Made by a program: the position numbers and the translations under genes. Below, one piece after another: positions 42,012 to 54,692 of a DNA stretch of 64,000 nucleotides (within the stretch, counting starts at the first letter, position 1; each line of letters opens with the position of its first letter). Under the pieces are notes generated by a model. The model had not been told where the DNA came from. It did no database searches and worked only from the letters and a program-made list of their open reading frames with translations. Source of the DNA: an uncultured delta proteobacterium (lineage in GTDB: Bacteria; Desulfobacterota; Syntrophia; Syntrophales; UBA2185); assembly GCA_963729715.1 (NCBI GenBank), contig CAVSPA010000004.1, forward strand, positions 608,001 through 672,000. Reading direction: 5' to 3'.

Positions 42012-42064
42012 GGTGATGGAGTTCACCCGCAAACAAACCGCCGACAAGGCTGATAACTCCTACC
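42012..42064 (+). ncRNA. Fluoride riboswitch (crcB motif)
   Basis: GGTGATGGAGTTCACC...GCCGACAAGGC TGATAACTCCTACC fits the crcB pattern (GGYGAUGGAGUUCRCC...GCURAURACUCCUAC); P1 GGTGA/TCACC, pseudoknot GGAGT/ACTCC. Confidence 0.92.
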
Positions 42065-42089
42065 AGCGTTATTCTGGAGGAGTTTTTTT
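42055..42089 (+). terminator. Riboswitch expression platform: terminator/anti-SD hairpin
   Basis: AACTCCTACCAG-loop-CTGGAGGAGTT followed by a T-run ending at the ATG; the stem uses the pseudoknot strand and covers the GGAGG SD. Confidence 0.8.
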
Positions 42090-43751
42090 ATGTCAGATAC
42101 TGCCCGCACTCAGGATGTTTCACAGCGGTCACTGAAAGACGTTCTTGAGCTTTGCGACAGATTTTCCATTCTTTCCCTGAACCGCCAGATAGAAGCCTGC
42201 GAGAAGTTACTTGTCCAGAACCCGTCCATTGATGTGGCGATCCTTGGTCAGTTTAAGGCAGGTAAAAGTTCTTTCATCAATAGTCTTATAGGCAAATCAA
42301 TCCTTCCCGTTGGTGTCATACCGGTTACTACGGTGATTACCCGCCTTCAATATGGAGAAAAAGAACAAGTCTTTATAAGATATTTTGACGGCAGGACATC
42401 CGAGATTAGCATTAACGATATTGGAACTTTTACCTCTGAAGCCGAAAATCCATCAAATAATAAAAACGTAGAGGTTGTAGATATTGAGCTTCCGTCTCTT
42501 AGGGCTTATGCCGGTCTCCGCTTGGTGGATACCCCCGGCTTGGGAAGTGTCTTCAAATATCACGTCGAAACCTCTGAAAATTGGCTTCCCCATGTTGGCA
42601 CTGCCATACTTGCCATAAGCTCCGATCGACCCCTTTCGGACAATGACGTGCAATTGATTCGGGAGCTGATGCAGCATACACCGAATATAGTCATACTCCT
42701 CACAAAAGCTGACCTTCTATCGCCGGAACAGCAGAACGAAGTCATAGAATTTTTTGAGCAAACGATTCAGCGAGAATTAAACCGGCGATTACCGATCTAT
42801 GTATACTCGACCCGTGTGAAGACAGAGCAATGCAAGGATCGCCTAGAAGTAGGACTTCTCTACATGTTGTCCTTAAACCGTGATTTCGAGTTCAGGAAAA
42901 TCCTCCAGTACAAGATGCAGTCCCTGATAAAAGACTGTCTCTGCTATCTCGATATTGCCCTGAAAACATCTTTGCAGGCTGAGTATGATCGAGATTTACT
43001 GCGTAAACAGATTTTCGATGAAAAGGTTAATTTTGATCTGATACGTGAGGAACTAACTATTATTGCCCGCGAGAACCAGAGACAGACTCGAACCCTTATT
43101 ATGAATTACCTTGATAATTTTCAGAGGCCTCTTAGGAAAACACTTTCTGAAGATTTGGAAAAAGAGCTTCCCACGTGGAAAGTTAATCTCTGGAAACTCA
43201 CCCGGAGATATGAAGAGTGGCTTGCAGACCGCATGACAGAGGAGATGAAGTATATTTCCAAAACAGAGCATAGACATTTCTATGGCACTCTCAACAAGGC
43301 ACACGCAAGTTTATCCAGATCAATCGAAGCCTTCCGAAATCTTCTGGGTAAAAATATCAAAAAAGTCCTTGGCGTGAGGCTCGCTGATGCGGACTGGAAA
43401 ATCGAGGTATCGGAACCCGATCACCCCGACATCAAGACGATAAGATCATTTGACTTCCATTTCGATCTTATCTGGTTTCTTATCCCCATGTTCATTTTCA
43501 GGGGTCTTTTTGAGAAGCATTTTATTAGCGAGATTCCCCGCGAAGTGGAGGCTAACCTCTCGCGCCATGCCGCCCAGTGGGAGGAACGCATCAACACGGC
43601 AATCGAAGAAATTCGAAAACAGGCGATTAATTACGTAAAAGAAGAACTCTCCACCATAGACGCCTTGTTATGGAAGACGCATGGTCAAACGGATGAGATC
43701 AATGAGGCCATTAAGAAACTCCAAGAAGGATTGCAGGACTTAATTGCTTAA
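42090..43751 (+). CDS. Bacterial dynamin-like GTPase
   Basis: G1 GQFKAGKSS, G2 PVTT, G3 DTPG, G4 TKAD, long helical C-terminal region with hydrophobic stretch LIWFLIPMFIF. Confidence 0.9.
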   Translation: MSDTARTQDVSQRSLKDVLELCDRFSILSLNRQIEACEKLLVQNPSIDVAILGQFKAGKSSFINSLIGKSILPVGVIPVTTVITRLQYGEKEQVFIRYFDGRTSEISINDIGTFTSEAENPSNNKNVEVVDIELPSLRAYAGLRLVDTPGLGSVFKYHVETSENWLPHVGTAILAISSDRPLSDNDVQLIRELMQHTPNIVILLTKADLLSPEQQNEVIEFFEQTIQRELNRRLPIYVYSTRVKTEQCKDRLEVGLLYMLSLNRDFEFRKILQYKMQSLIKDCLCYLDIALKTSLQAEYDRDLLRKQIFDEKVNFDLIREELTIIARENQRQTRTLIMNYLDNFQRPLRKTLSEDLEKELPTWKVNLWKLTRRYEEWLADRMTEEMKYISKTEHRHFYGTLNKAHASLSRSIEAFRNLLGKNIKKVLGVRLADADWKIEVSEPDHPDIKTIRSFDFHFDLIWFLIPMFIFRGLFEKHFISEIPREVEANLSRHAAQWEERINTAIEEIRKQAINYVKEELSTIDALLWKTHGQTDEINEAIKKLQEGLQDLIA

Positions 43752-43834
43752 CTTGACGCAATAGATTGTTAGATATTCAGGTGGAGCTATGTCTTGCCGT
43801 AATTTTTGTGAATTCAATGAAAAGGGGAATATAA

Positions 43835-44272
43835 ATGGAGCAGAAGAAAGGTTGTGTATTTTGTGACATCGTGGCGGGTAAGGCAGAAGCATATAGGATT
43901 TATGAAGATGAGCTTTCCATCTGCATACTGGATATCCACCCTTACACAAAGGGTCACTGCCTGGTAGTTCCAAAGCGGCATGTCCAGTGGTGGCATGAGC
44001 TCGCTGATGAAGAAAATGCAAGTCTTTTTAAGATGGCTAAGGTTGTTGCCAACCGGATGATGAACAAATTTAATTCCGACTTCATTTTTCTCTGGGCAAG
44101 GGGCACAAGAATTCCGCATGCACATCTTTTCGTGGTGCCAAGTTACAACGGTGATGTACTCGACCAATTTTTCAACGCCCTTGAAAATTTCCAGGAATCA
44201 GCAGAGGAACTGACAAGGCTAAGAAAAGCTGAAGCGATGAAAGAAGCAGCGAGGCTTCTCAGCACTAAATAA
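43835..44272 (+). CDS. HIT-family nucleotide hydrolase
   Basis: CVFC, DIHPYTKGHCLVVPKRH, IPHAHLF (third His of the triad replaced by F). Confidence 0.88.
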   Translation: MEQKKGCVFCDIVAGKAEAYRIYEDELSICILDIHPYTKGHCLVVPKRHVQWWHELADEENASLFKMAKVVANRMMNKFNSDFIFLWARGTRIPHAHLFVVPSYNGDVLDQFFNALENFQESAEELTRLRKAEAMKEAARLLSTK

Positions 44273-44621
44273 TTCAAACTGAATAAGTGTAGGTATGCCA
44301 TAATTAAAGGTTTCTACTCGTAATCTTCATCATTCCAACCGTATTCATCTTGAGGACTTAGTGAAGCCAACAAAAAGGGTTGCCTTGCTAAGTATAAAAG
44401 AAAAACACACACTCCTTCCTGAAATATTCACGTGGTCAAATTCAAAAAGCCTACACTCTTTCCAACGATAATTGAGGTGCATTGCCAAAAAGAATCTGGT
44501 ATATAAATTTAATATCGCAGATTCGCCGGGAATAATGGCGGTAGGTGGAGAATGCAAACCTTAACCCACCGTATAGGGAGAAACCGGTCCACTCAAACCA
44601 AATCCTGTCAAATTATCCAGT

Positions 44622-45326
44622 ATGGATTTTCTTATTCAGAATTTATTATTGCTTGATCATTCACTGGCGGCAGTGTTGGCTGGTATAGCCTTTGTGGGCA
44701 TATTGGCATCTTTAAGTTCATGCACAATTGTGAGGCTTCCCGTAATATGGGGATATATTACCGCAGCGGGGAAATCAAGAAGGAGAAGCGTTCTTCTGTC
44801 TCTTTCGTTTGCATGCGGCCTCATCGCCGTTTATACCCTTCTGGGATTTGCCCTCGGGTTTGTTTCCAATTTAACCGGTAAACTTCTCAAGATAAGTCAA
44901 TATCTCTATTTTATTCTTGGCATTGTGTTGCTGATCTTGGGGATTATCTTTGCGGGTCTCATTCCCGTGAAGCAAGGCTGGTTTCATGATCGTTGCGAGA
45001 CGGCCATTAAACATACGAAGACAATCCATTCGGCGTTCATATTCGGGGTGCTTTTTGCATTTCTGGAGACGCCTGCATGTCCGGCCTGCGGGGCCGCGCT
45101 GATGATCATTGGCAGCCTAGTGATTATGAAAGGGTCGTGGCTGTATTCCAGCTTGGTATTTATCAGTTTTGCGATAGGCCAGAGTATTCCCGTTCTGGTC
45201 TTGGGGTTTTCGACCAGCATGTTTAAAAACCTGACATCAAAAACCGCGCGCATTGAAAATGTTATGAGCTTCGTGGCGGGAAACATTTTGATTGTTCTCG
45301 GATTCATACTGATGATGCTTGCATAA
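44622..45326 (+). CDS. ccdA: CcdA/DsbD-type thiol-disulfide transport protein
   Basis: About six TM segments; SLSSC..RLP and TPACPAC cysteine motifs. Confidence 0.78.
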   Translation: MDFLIQNLLLLDHSLAAVLAGIAFVGILASLSSCTIVRLPVIWGYITAAGKSRRRSVLLSLSFACGLIAVYTLLGFALGFVSNLTGKLLKISQYLYFILGIVLLILGIIFAGLIPVKQGWFHDRCETAIKHTKTIHSAFIFGVLFAFLETPACPACGAALMIIGSLVIMKGSWLYSSLVFISFAIGQSIPVLVLGFSTSMFKNLTSKTARIENVMSFVAGNILIVLGFILMMLA

Positions 45327-45331
45327 ATGCT

Positions 45332-45955
45332 ATGGGACAAAAAACGGACTCAAAGGAATTCGCATACGAACATGGTCATAGTCATCATCGTGCATGGTCA
45401 CTTGGTATACGATGGCTGTTGACCGTATTCATTGTTGCAACGCTTCTATTCTTCTTGAAACCTTTTTTGGTGCAGCAGATGCTCTCACGGGTTTCATCAT
45501 ATTCTTCGTCTTATCACTTTGACGATACCATACGCATGTCCAAGAGAATTGTCGCCATTGATAAAAAAAATATGGAAGCTTGGAATTCGGTTGGATATGC
45601 CTATAATCAGAAAGCCATGATTGATAAATCTGCCGCGGATTATGATAAGGAGCAAGACGACATCGACAAGTCTATCAAGGCTTATGAAACGGTATTTTCT
45701 CTCGATCCAAAAGACATAAAGGTCTGCTTTGATATCGGTCTGTTGTATTTTTCGAAAAAAGAATTCGCAAAAGCTGCAGAGTATTTCGAACATGTGCGAA
45801 ACATGGCGGTTGATTCGGGTGAATCTCGAGAAGCAGGCATCTTCAGCTATCGCGGCAGATCGCTTACCATGCTTCACAGATGTTACGAGTCTCTTGGTGA
45901 TACGACCAAGGCCGAGCAAGTTCAGAAAGAGCTGAAGCAATATATTATAAAGTAG
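45332..45955 (+). CDS. Membrane-anchored TPR protein
   Basis: His-rich N-terminus, TM segment, TPR-like repeats (AWNSVGYAY, FDIGLLY...KAAEYFE). Confidence 0.75.
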   Translation: MGQKTDSKEFAYEHGHSHHRAWSLGIRWLLTVFIVATLLFFLKPFLVQQMLSRVSSYSSSYHFDDTIRMSKRIVAIDKKNMEAWNSVGYAYNQKAMIDKSAADYDKEQDDIDKSIKAYETVFSLDPKDIKVCFDIGLLYFSKKEFAKAAEYFEHVRNMAVDSGESREAGIFSYRGRSLTMLHRCYESLGDTTKAEQVQKELKQYIIK

Positions 45956-46083
45956 AACGCAGGAGTTCAGATTTATCTAACAGAAAACTGATTGTATTAC
46001 GTTCAATCTGACATCAAGACACTTGGAGATTAATTAATCTATAAGCTTGGTAGCAACTGTGTTTCACGTCAAGTAGTATTTTA

Positions 46084-48600
<2,517 letters not shown>

Positions 48601-48688
48601 AACACGTATTTATATTATTCTTATTTAACATATGCTATTAAGTTTTTATGCATCTACTAAACGATTTTGATTATACAAGGTGGAGACA

Positions 48689-49506
48689 TCATTTGCTTCT
48701 TCCTTGTAGTCTATCAACCAGCTCCAATTGAATGAGGATATGCCTTATATCCATGGACAAACCTGCGGCCCCTTCCCTGATACCAATGGTATTCTTTGCG
48801 AGTCTGATAAGCATCTCCGCATGGCTTTCCCTGAATTTACCCCTGCTCCTCTTCCTTATCTCTTTGCCAAGCTCTTCCTTTTTTAAACCGCCTATGATTT
48901 CAGGTGTGAGATATTTATTGAGTATATAGAGAGCTGTCTTGACCTGTATATCCTTTATCACCCTTCTGAATTCGGGAAACAAGAGAAAGACCAGTTGCTG
49001 CAACTGATTGAGAAGGGCCGTACGTTCCCCGACATGCCTCTCCCTCGAGTTGTTCAATCTCTTCAAGTAGGCCGCATCACCTTCCGGGATCACAATGCTC
49101 AGTGAGTGCCCCAATAGTATAATATCCGCCAGTACCCGGGGATCCTTGTCATCTGTCTTCAGCGGAGAGTTGTCGTTTATCTCTTTTACCCTCTTTGTGT
49201 GCATGGGATTAACCTGGACTACCGTCACGGGCTTCTTTGACAGGTAATGGCCGATGGGTTCACCATAGGGACCTGTTGATTCGTATCCTACGATCACCTC
49301 ATTGCATCTGAACCTGTTCTTATTCACAACAATCATGCTCCAGAGCCTGTCAAGCCCCGCCCTCGTATTGTCAAATCTGAAAGGCTTTATATCCCTTCCG
49401 TCTGTGGTGGTACAGTACCCTCTGTTCATCTCCAAACCGATTCTATTGTCACGATCAGCGTATCTTCCTTTACCCTTCCTATTTTCCCTGTGCATGCTTT
49501 CTTCAT
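48689..49506 (-). pseudogene. Truncated, frameshifted IS110-family transposase (second type)
   Basis: MKKACTG...LIVTI(frameshift about 49441)IGLEM, YESTGPY, NP, KTDDKD; C-terminal domain missing. Confidence 0.85.
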
Positions 49507-49828
49507 GAATATATTCCCCCTTATTGTCTTAACTGAATAATCAATCTTGCCTCAGGGGGATATATATATCTTTAAACTGCTTCAATCATGAACTACAATA
49601 TAGCAAGCTGTTATGTTGATTTTCTGATTCGTTGCATCAATACAACATTACAAATGGTAACAGTGAAGAAGTGGCAGAATTCTGGTCTAAAGTATAGTAT
49701 TGGGTGTAGGTAATTCGTCATTTATGGGTAATTATATTGACTGATATGACTTTATTATTTAAAATCTTCAAAGATTCTCATAACGAGATTACAAGAATTC
49801 ACGATTTTTATCATTAAGGGGGTGCAGT

Positions 49829-51025
49829 ATGGAAGAAGAGAAAAAGGATAAAGGGGCAACGGAGGTAGATAGGAGGACATTTTTAAAATATAGTGCCGCT
49901 ATTGGAGCTGCTGCAGCTGTGAGTGGTGTAAATTTCCAGACAGCAACAGCCATCGATGTGGGTAGAAAAGTGGCGGGCGGGAACACCCGTGTCTTGGGAT
50001 GTAACCCTATGACGTCTACAGATGGGTACTGGGATAATTCCACACCCCCTGTCCTTCGCATGAAGTCAGGTGAGGTCGTGGAAGTCGAAACAGGAACCCA
50101 CTTGATGGGGAAAATGGTTCCTGGCGCAGACATCAACGACTGGATGAGGTGGTACAAGGAGGTGATAGAGAGGACTCCGGAAACCTATATCTATCCCGAT
50201 CCAACCACTGCAGCGAAAAAGCTGAAAAGGGGCGCAGGCCACCACCATCTGACCGGTCCGGTCTATGTGGAAGATGCAGAGCCCGGTGATATTCTTCAGA
50301 TTGAGATCTTGGACATCGTACCCAACACTTATGGATTCAACCTCTACCCTGAGACATCATTCATGAAGCTGGGCCTTCTCGCGGACGATTTCCCAAAAGG
50401 TGAGGTCAGGTGGTATCGAATAGACCTTAAGAAGATGAAGTTTGAATTCTTACCAGGAATAGAAATACCAATTAGACCATTCCCTGGCACTATAGGCGTT
50501 GAGTTACCTGAGCCGGGAATGTGGAGCAATGTGCCGCCTGGGAAGCACGGTGGGAACCTGGACAACAAGGATCTTGTAGCTGGAACTGTTCTTTATCTGC
50601 CTGTGTGGGTAAAGGGTGCGGGATTAAAAACGGGAGATTCGCACCTTGCCCAAGCCCATGGTGAGGTAGATTTGAATGGCCTGGAAGGAGCTTTCAGAAC
50701 CATCACCATGAGACTAACAGTACGCAGGGATCTCAAGGCTCTGGTGGAATGGCCCATGGCGTCATCCCCCACTCATTGGATCACCATGGGGATGCACACA
50801 GACCTGATGGAATCCTGCAGGATGGCCGTAAGAAAGGCCATAAAGTTCTTAAATAGCTATTACGGTCTCTCTAAGGGTGAAGCATACGCTTTCTGCAGCA
50901 TGGCAGTGGATTTACACGTGACTCAGGTTGTCGATTATACCCTCGGTATCCACGCTATGATTCCTAAGGAATATTTTGTCGGTGAGCGCTTTGCGAGCAA
51001 AAATGGCTTGCTCCTTAAGGCATAA
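49829..51025 (+). CDS. Acetamidase/formamidase-family protein with twin-arginine signal
   Basis: DRRTFLK Tat motif; HHLTGPVYVEDAEPGD, PFPG, HGGNLD, GDSHLAQAHGE. Confidence 0.9.
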   Translation: MEEEKKDKGATEVDRRTFLKYSAAIGAAAAVSGVNFQTATAIDVGRKVAGGNTRVLGCNPMTSTDGYWDNSTPPVLRMKSGEVVEVETGTHLMGKMVPGADINDWMRWYKEVIERTPETYIYPDPTTAAKKLKRGAGHHHLTGPVYVEDAEPGDILQIEILDIVPNTYGFNLYPETSFMKLGLLADDFPKGEVRWYRIDLKKMKFEFLPGIEIPIRPFPGTIGVELPEPGMWSNVPPGKHGGNLDNKDLVAGTVLYLPVWVKGAGLKTGDSHLAQAHGEVDLNGLEGAFRTITMRLTVRRDLKALVEWPMASSPTHWITMGMHTDLMESCRMAVRKAIKFLNSYYGLSKGEAYAFCSMAVDLHVTQVVDYTLGIHAMIPKEYFVGERFASKNGLLLKA

Positions 51026-51045
51026 GTCTCTTGCGGTTGCAACAT

Positions 51046-51074
51046 TCCGGCATGCCATTTAGAGGCATGCCGGA
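51046..51074 (+). terminator. Stem-loop after the acetamidase gene
   Basis: TCCGGCATGCC/GGCATGCCGGA perfect 11-bp stem. Confidence 0.6.
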
Positions 51075-51490
51075 TGTCTGCATCAGATCGGCCTATCACT
51101 CATACTCTCTCAATTCTCCTAAACGGATAAGCAATAAAGTCTGGCTTACTGAATAGATAAGCGCCTTATGAGGTTTTACCTCCTGCTCGGCAGCCTGCTT
51201 CGAATTATCAACAACATTTCTATTCAGGCACTTCTTCAAGTGCACTACCCACTGCATTCATTGTATTTGAATTGTCTTGACACACAAGAATACCTTTCAC
51301 TATATTCTGTATCCGGAAAACGGCGAATTATACGGGGTTGATTATTTTACGTGATATACACAAGGGATGCTGCGACGGCGACGGTTCCACCCACTTCCTC
51401 CGGGTACGCGGGGAGACCTGATTTTCTGCTTCCAGATGCATTACATTATTTTCAGCTTATCTTTTGAATTGGAAACCCTTGTTCTGCCTT

Positions 51491-52723
51491 TCAAGAAATC
51501 CACATCGCCGAAACCGGAACGGCAAACAGCTTCTTTCCGAAAGGTATGATTTGATTCCCGGTGTACAGGGTTATGCCTGCAATGAATCTGTCCCCGATAT
51601 CTTTCTGCAGGACCTTTAAGCAATTAAAGTGTTTTTCGGCAGCTGTTGATGATAGTTTTATCTCTATTCCGCAAATCCTGCCCGCGCTGTCCTCCAATAC
51701 AAGGTCTATTTCCTGACCTGTGCTTGTCCGATAATGATAGAGTCTGATCCTTGACTGACACCACGAGGCCTGTTTGCTTAACTCAGATCCGACAAAATTC
51801 TCAAACAGATTCCCGGCAAGCGTGTGATTGCTTTCCAGATGATCTGAATTCAGTCCCGTAAGAAAACAGGCGAGCCCCGTATCCGTAAAAAAAAGACGGG
51901 GCGATCTGATTACACGTTTGCTCAGGTTAGTGGTCCATGCGGGGAGCAGCTGGATCAGGAAGATCATTTCCAGCATGGACATGTACCGAACGACAGAACT
52001 GTTGGGTATGCCCACACCTCGCGATATTTCAGACTGGTCCCTGATCGCTGATACCCTTGACGCAAGGAGTTTGAGAAGTCGGGTGATCACGGATATGTCA
52101 TGGACGTTAACCAGTTCCTTGACATCCCGCTCTATGATTGTGGTCAAATACGAATCGAACCATGCAGTTCTTCTCTTTTCCTCTTTCCTCTGGACTGGTT
52201 CCGGATAACCTCCGGCAGTAATTCTTTTCATGAGGTTTCTGATATTTTCGTCGGTGTGCCGGAAACGGGGCTTACTGCTGAAGAGGATATCAATGAAATT
52301 TTCTTTTTCCCCCTCAATCTCCCCCTGAGATAATGGCCACAGGGTTATAACTTCCATCCTCCCGGCCAGGGAGTCCGCTACCCGAGGCATAGTCAGCACG
52401 TTTGAGGAACCTGTTAGAACATATTTCCCAGGTTTACGCTCACGATCAACGTCTTCCTTGATTGCGAGCAACAATTGAGGAACCCTTTGTACCTCATCTA
52501 TAATGACGGGCTTTTCGAGACCCCGGATAAAGCCTTCGGGATCCGAACTTGCTGCGGAAAGTGTGCCGGCGCTATCAAGAGTAATATATTCAGCAGGGTG
52601 GCTGGATTTCGCAAGCTCCTTGACAAGGGTGGTTTTCCCCGTTTGCCGCGCACCCCTCAGGAAAACGATAGGTGTGTCAGATAAAGCCTCTAAGATTGTT
52701 GAGGTAATGTTTCTCGGAATCAT
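51491..52723 (-). CDS. AAA+ ATPase with DUF4143 C-terminal domain
   Basis: GARQTGKT, IIDEVQR, LTGSS, SLAGR, GGYP, DTGL, FENFV, EIDLV, EIK. Confidence 0.9.
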   Translation of the reverse strand: MIPRNITSTILEALSDTPIVFLRGARQTGKTTLVKELAKSSHPAEYITLDSAGTLSAASSDPEGFIRGLEKPVIIDEVQRVPQLLLAIKEDVDRERKPGKYVLTGSSNVLTMPRVADSLAGRMEVITLWPLSQGEIEGEKENFIDILFSSKPRFRHTDENIRNLMKRITAGGYPEPVQRKEEKRRTAWFDSYLTTIIERDVKELVNVHDISVITRLLKLLASRVSAIRDQSEISRGVGIPNSSVVRYMSMLEMIFLIQLLPAWTTNLSKRVIRSPRLFFTDTGLACFLTGLNSDHLESNHTLAGNLFENFVGSELSKQASWCQSRIRLYHYRTSTGQEIDLVLEDSAGRICGIEIKLSSTAAEKHFNCLKVLQKDIGDRFIAGITLYTGNQIIPFGKKLFAVPVSAMWIS

Positions 52724-52949
52724 GGTATGCAATTTTACCACATTACGGTAAAAATACAACCAAAATCTGAAGAACAATGTCCCCTAACTCTGAATCTCGG
52801 AAAATGATGAATTCCGACAGTTATTTTTTTAAGAGAATACTGATTATCTTAAAAATCCACATGCCCGTGAGGGCACCACGAAGGCATGAAAATAAGTTGT
52901 TTGAAGCTCTTTGACATTATATCCTTTCTTCAAAAGGAAGCGGGTCGTT

Positions 52950-54358
52950 TTTTATTTTGGTGGTAATACCCCGTTTAAAAATCTGACCCGGGCAGATTAA
53001 AAGAACCACAAATTGTTACCCCGTCTGGGAGTACGCGTAGTAAATTTTTAATCGATAATCTGCCCCCTTTTTTAAAGAGAAAGGAGACATGATTATGGAA
53101 GCCATTATTGAGAGATGCTGCGGCATCGATGTCCACAAGAAGAACATTGTGGTGTGCCTGGCGGTAGGCAAACCCAATGAGAAACCGAGGACAACCGTTA
53201 AGACATTTTCCACCATGACCCGTGATCTTCTTGCCTGCCGTGACTGGCTGGTATCTGAAGGCTGCACCCATGCAGTCGTGGAAAGTACCGGGGTTTACTG
53301 GAAGCCGGTATTCAACATCCTGGAGGACAGCATGGAGATCATTCTGGCCAATGCCAGAGATGTGAAAAACGTTCCCGGACGGAAGACCGACGTGAAAGAT
53401 TGCGAATGGCTTGCCCAGCTCCTTCGTCACGGCCTGGTCAAGGCGAGCTTCATCCCGCCCAAGCCGATCCGGGAGTTGAGAGACCTCACTCGCTACCGTG
53501 AGAAACTTACGCAGAAGCGCTCTTCGGAGATAAACCGCATTCAGAAGTTTCTGGAGGATGCCAATATAAAGCTCTCTTCAGTTGCATCTGATATCAACGG
53601 GGTATCTGCCCGGAACATGATCCAGCACCTGATCGAGGATGACATGAGCCCGCAGGAAATGGCTGATCTCGCCAGAGGGCGTCTCCGGAATAAGATCGAG
53701 GAACTGGAAAAATCCCTGGAAGGTTACATTACGGATCATCACCGTCTCATCTTGAGACTGACGCTTCAGATGGTTGCCTCGTATGACGAGGCCATCGAGA
53801 AGCTGGACACAGAGATAGAGAAGAGGATGGAACCTTTCCAAGAGGAAGCTGAAAGGCTGCAGACCATTCCAGGTGTAAAAAAAAATTTACTGAACGTATC
53901 ATCGCCGAGATCGGAGTAGATATGTCGCACTTTCCCTCAGATGCACACATCTCTTCCTGGGCGGGAGCCAGTCCGGGCAACAATGAAAGTGCGGGAAAAC
54001 GAAGAAGCGGCAAAGTGACACAGGGGAACAAATGGCTGAAAAGCCTCCTGGTGGAGGCTGCATGGGCAGCGTCCAAAACAAAAAATACTTACTTGAGCGC
54101 CAGGTACCGCCGCCTGGCGGCAAGAAGAGGGAAGAAACGGGCAGCCGTTGCTGTCGGACACACCATCTTAATCATGGCTTACCATGTTATCAAAGAGCAT
54201 CGCACCTACAATAAACTTGGTGCTGATTATTTCGACAAATTAAATGAACAACATCTTGTCAGACGTTTAACATCAAGGATCAGTGCTTTAGGTTATGAGG
54301 TCAAAGTGGAAAAACTACCTGTAGCTGCCTGATATACGGTTTTATTTTCGTAGTAATA
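52950..54358 (+). mobile_element. IS110-family element (third type)
   Basis: Bounded by 19-bp imperfect direct repeats TTTTATTTTGGTGGTAATA / TTTTATTTTCGTAGTAATA; exact ends inferred. Confidence 0.7.
53089..54332 (+). pseudogene. IS110 transposase with frameshift at an A9 run
   Basis: GIDVHKK, ESTGVYW, KTDVKD; frame changes at A9 (53877-53885) into TERIIAEIGVDM...WAG..PGNNESAGK. Confidence 0.88.
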
Positions 54359-54692
54359 TTTTCTTAAAAACATGAATTTTGACAGTGTTTTGTTCAATGT
54401 TTTCTATAATCACAACTTCCTGAAGCCAGCAAAATGTCAATTTCGATGATAGCGCTTGACTTCAATCAGCTATCAATGATGTTATTATCCGGATAATAAT
54501 GATATTTGTCACAAGTTATGTGAAGGTTTTGGGGCCAACAGACACATGGTTAAAATCTATTGCCACCGGGCTATGTGGTGAAGCAGAGAAAACAGACCTC
54601 AACATAGCATCGGAGAGACCGGCTTATTTGACTCGATAGAATGCTTATAAGTTTATTAAGAGACCTAAGATGCCTTTAAAATAAATTCTCTT

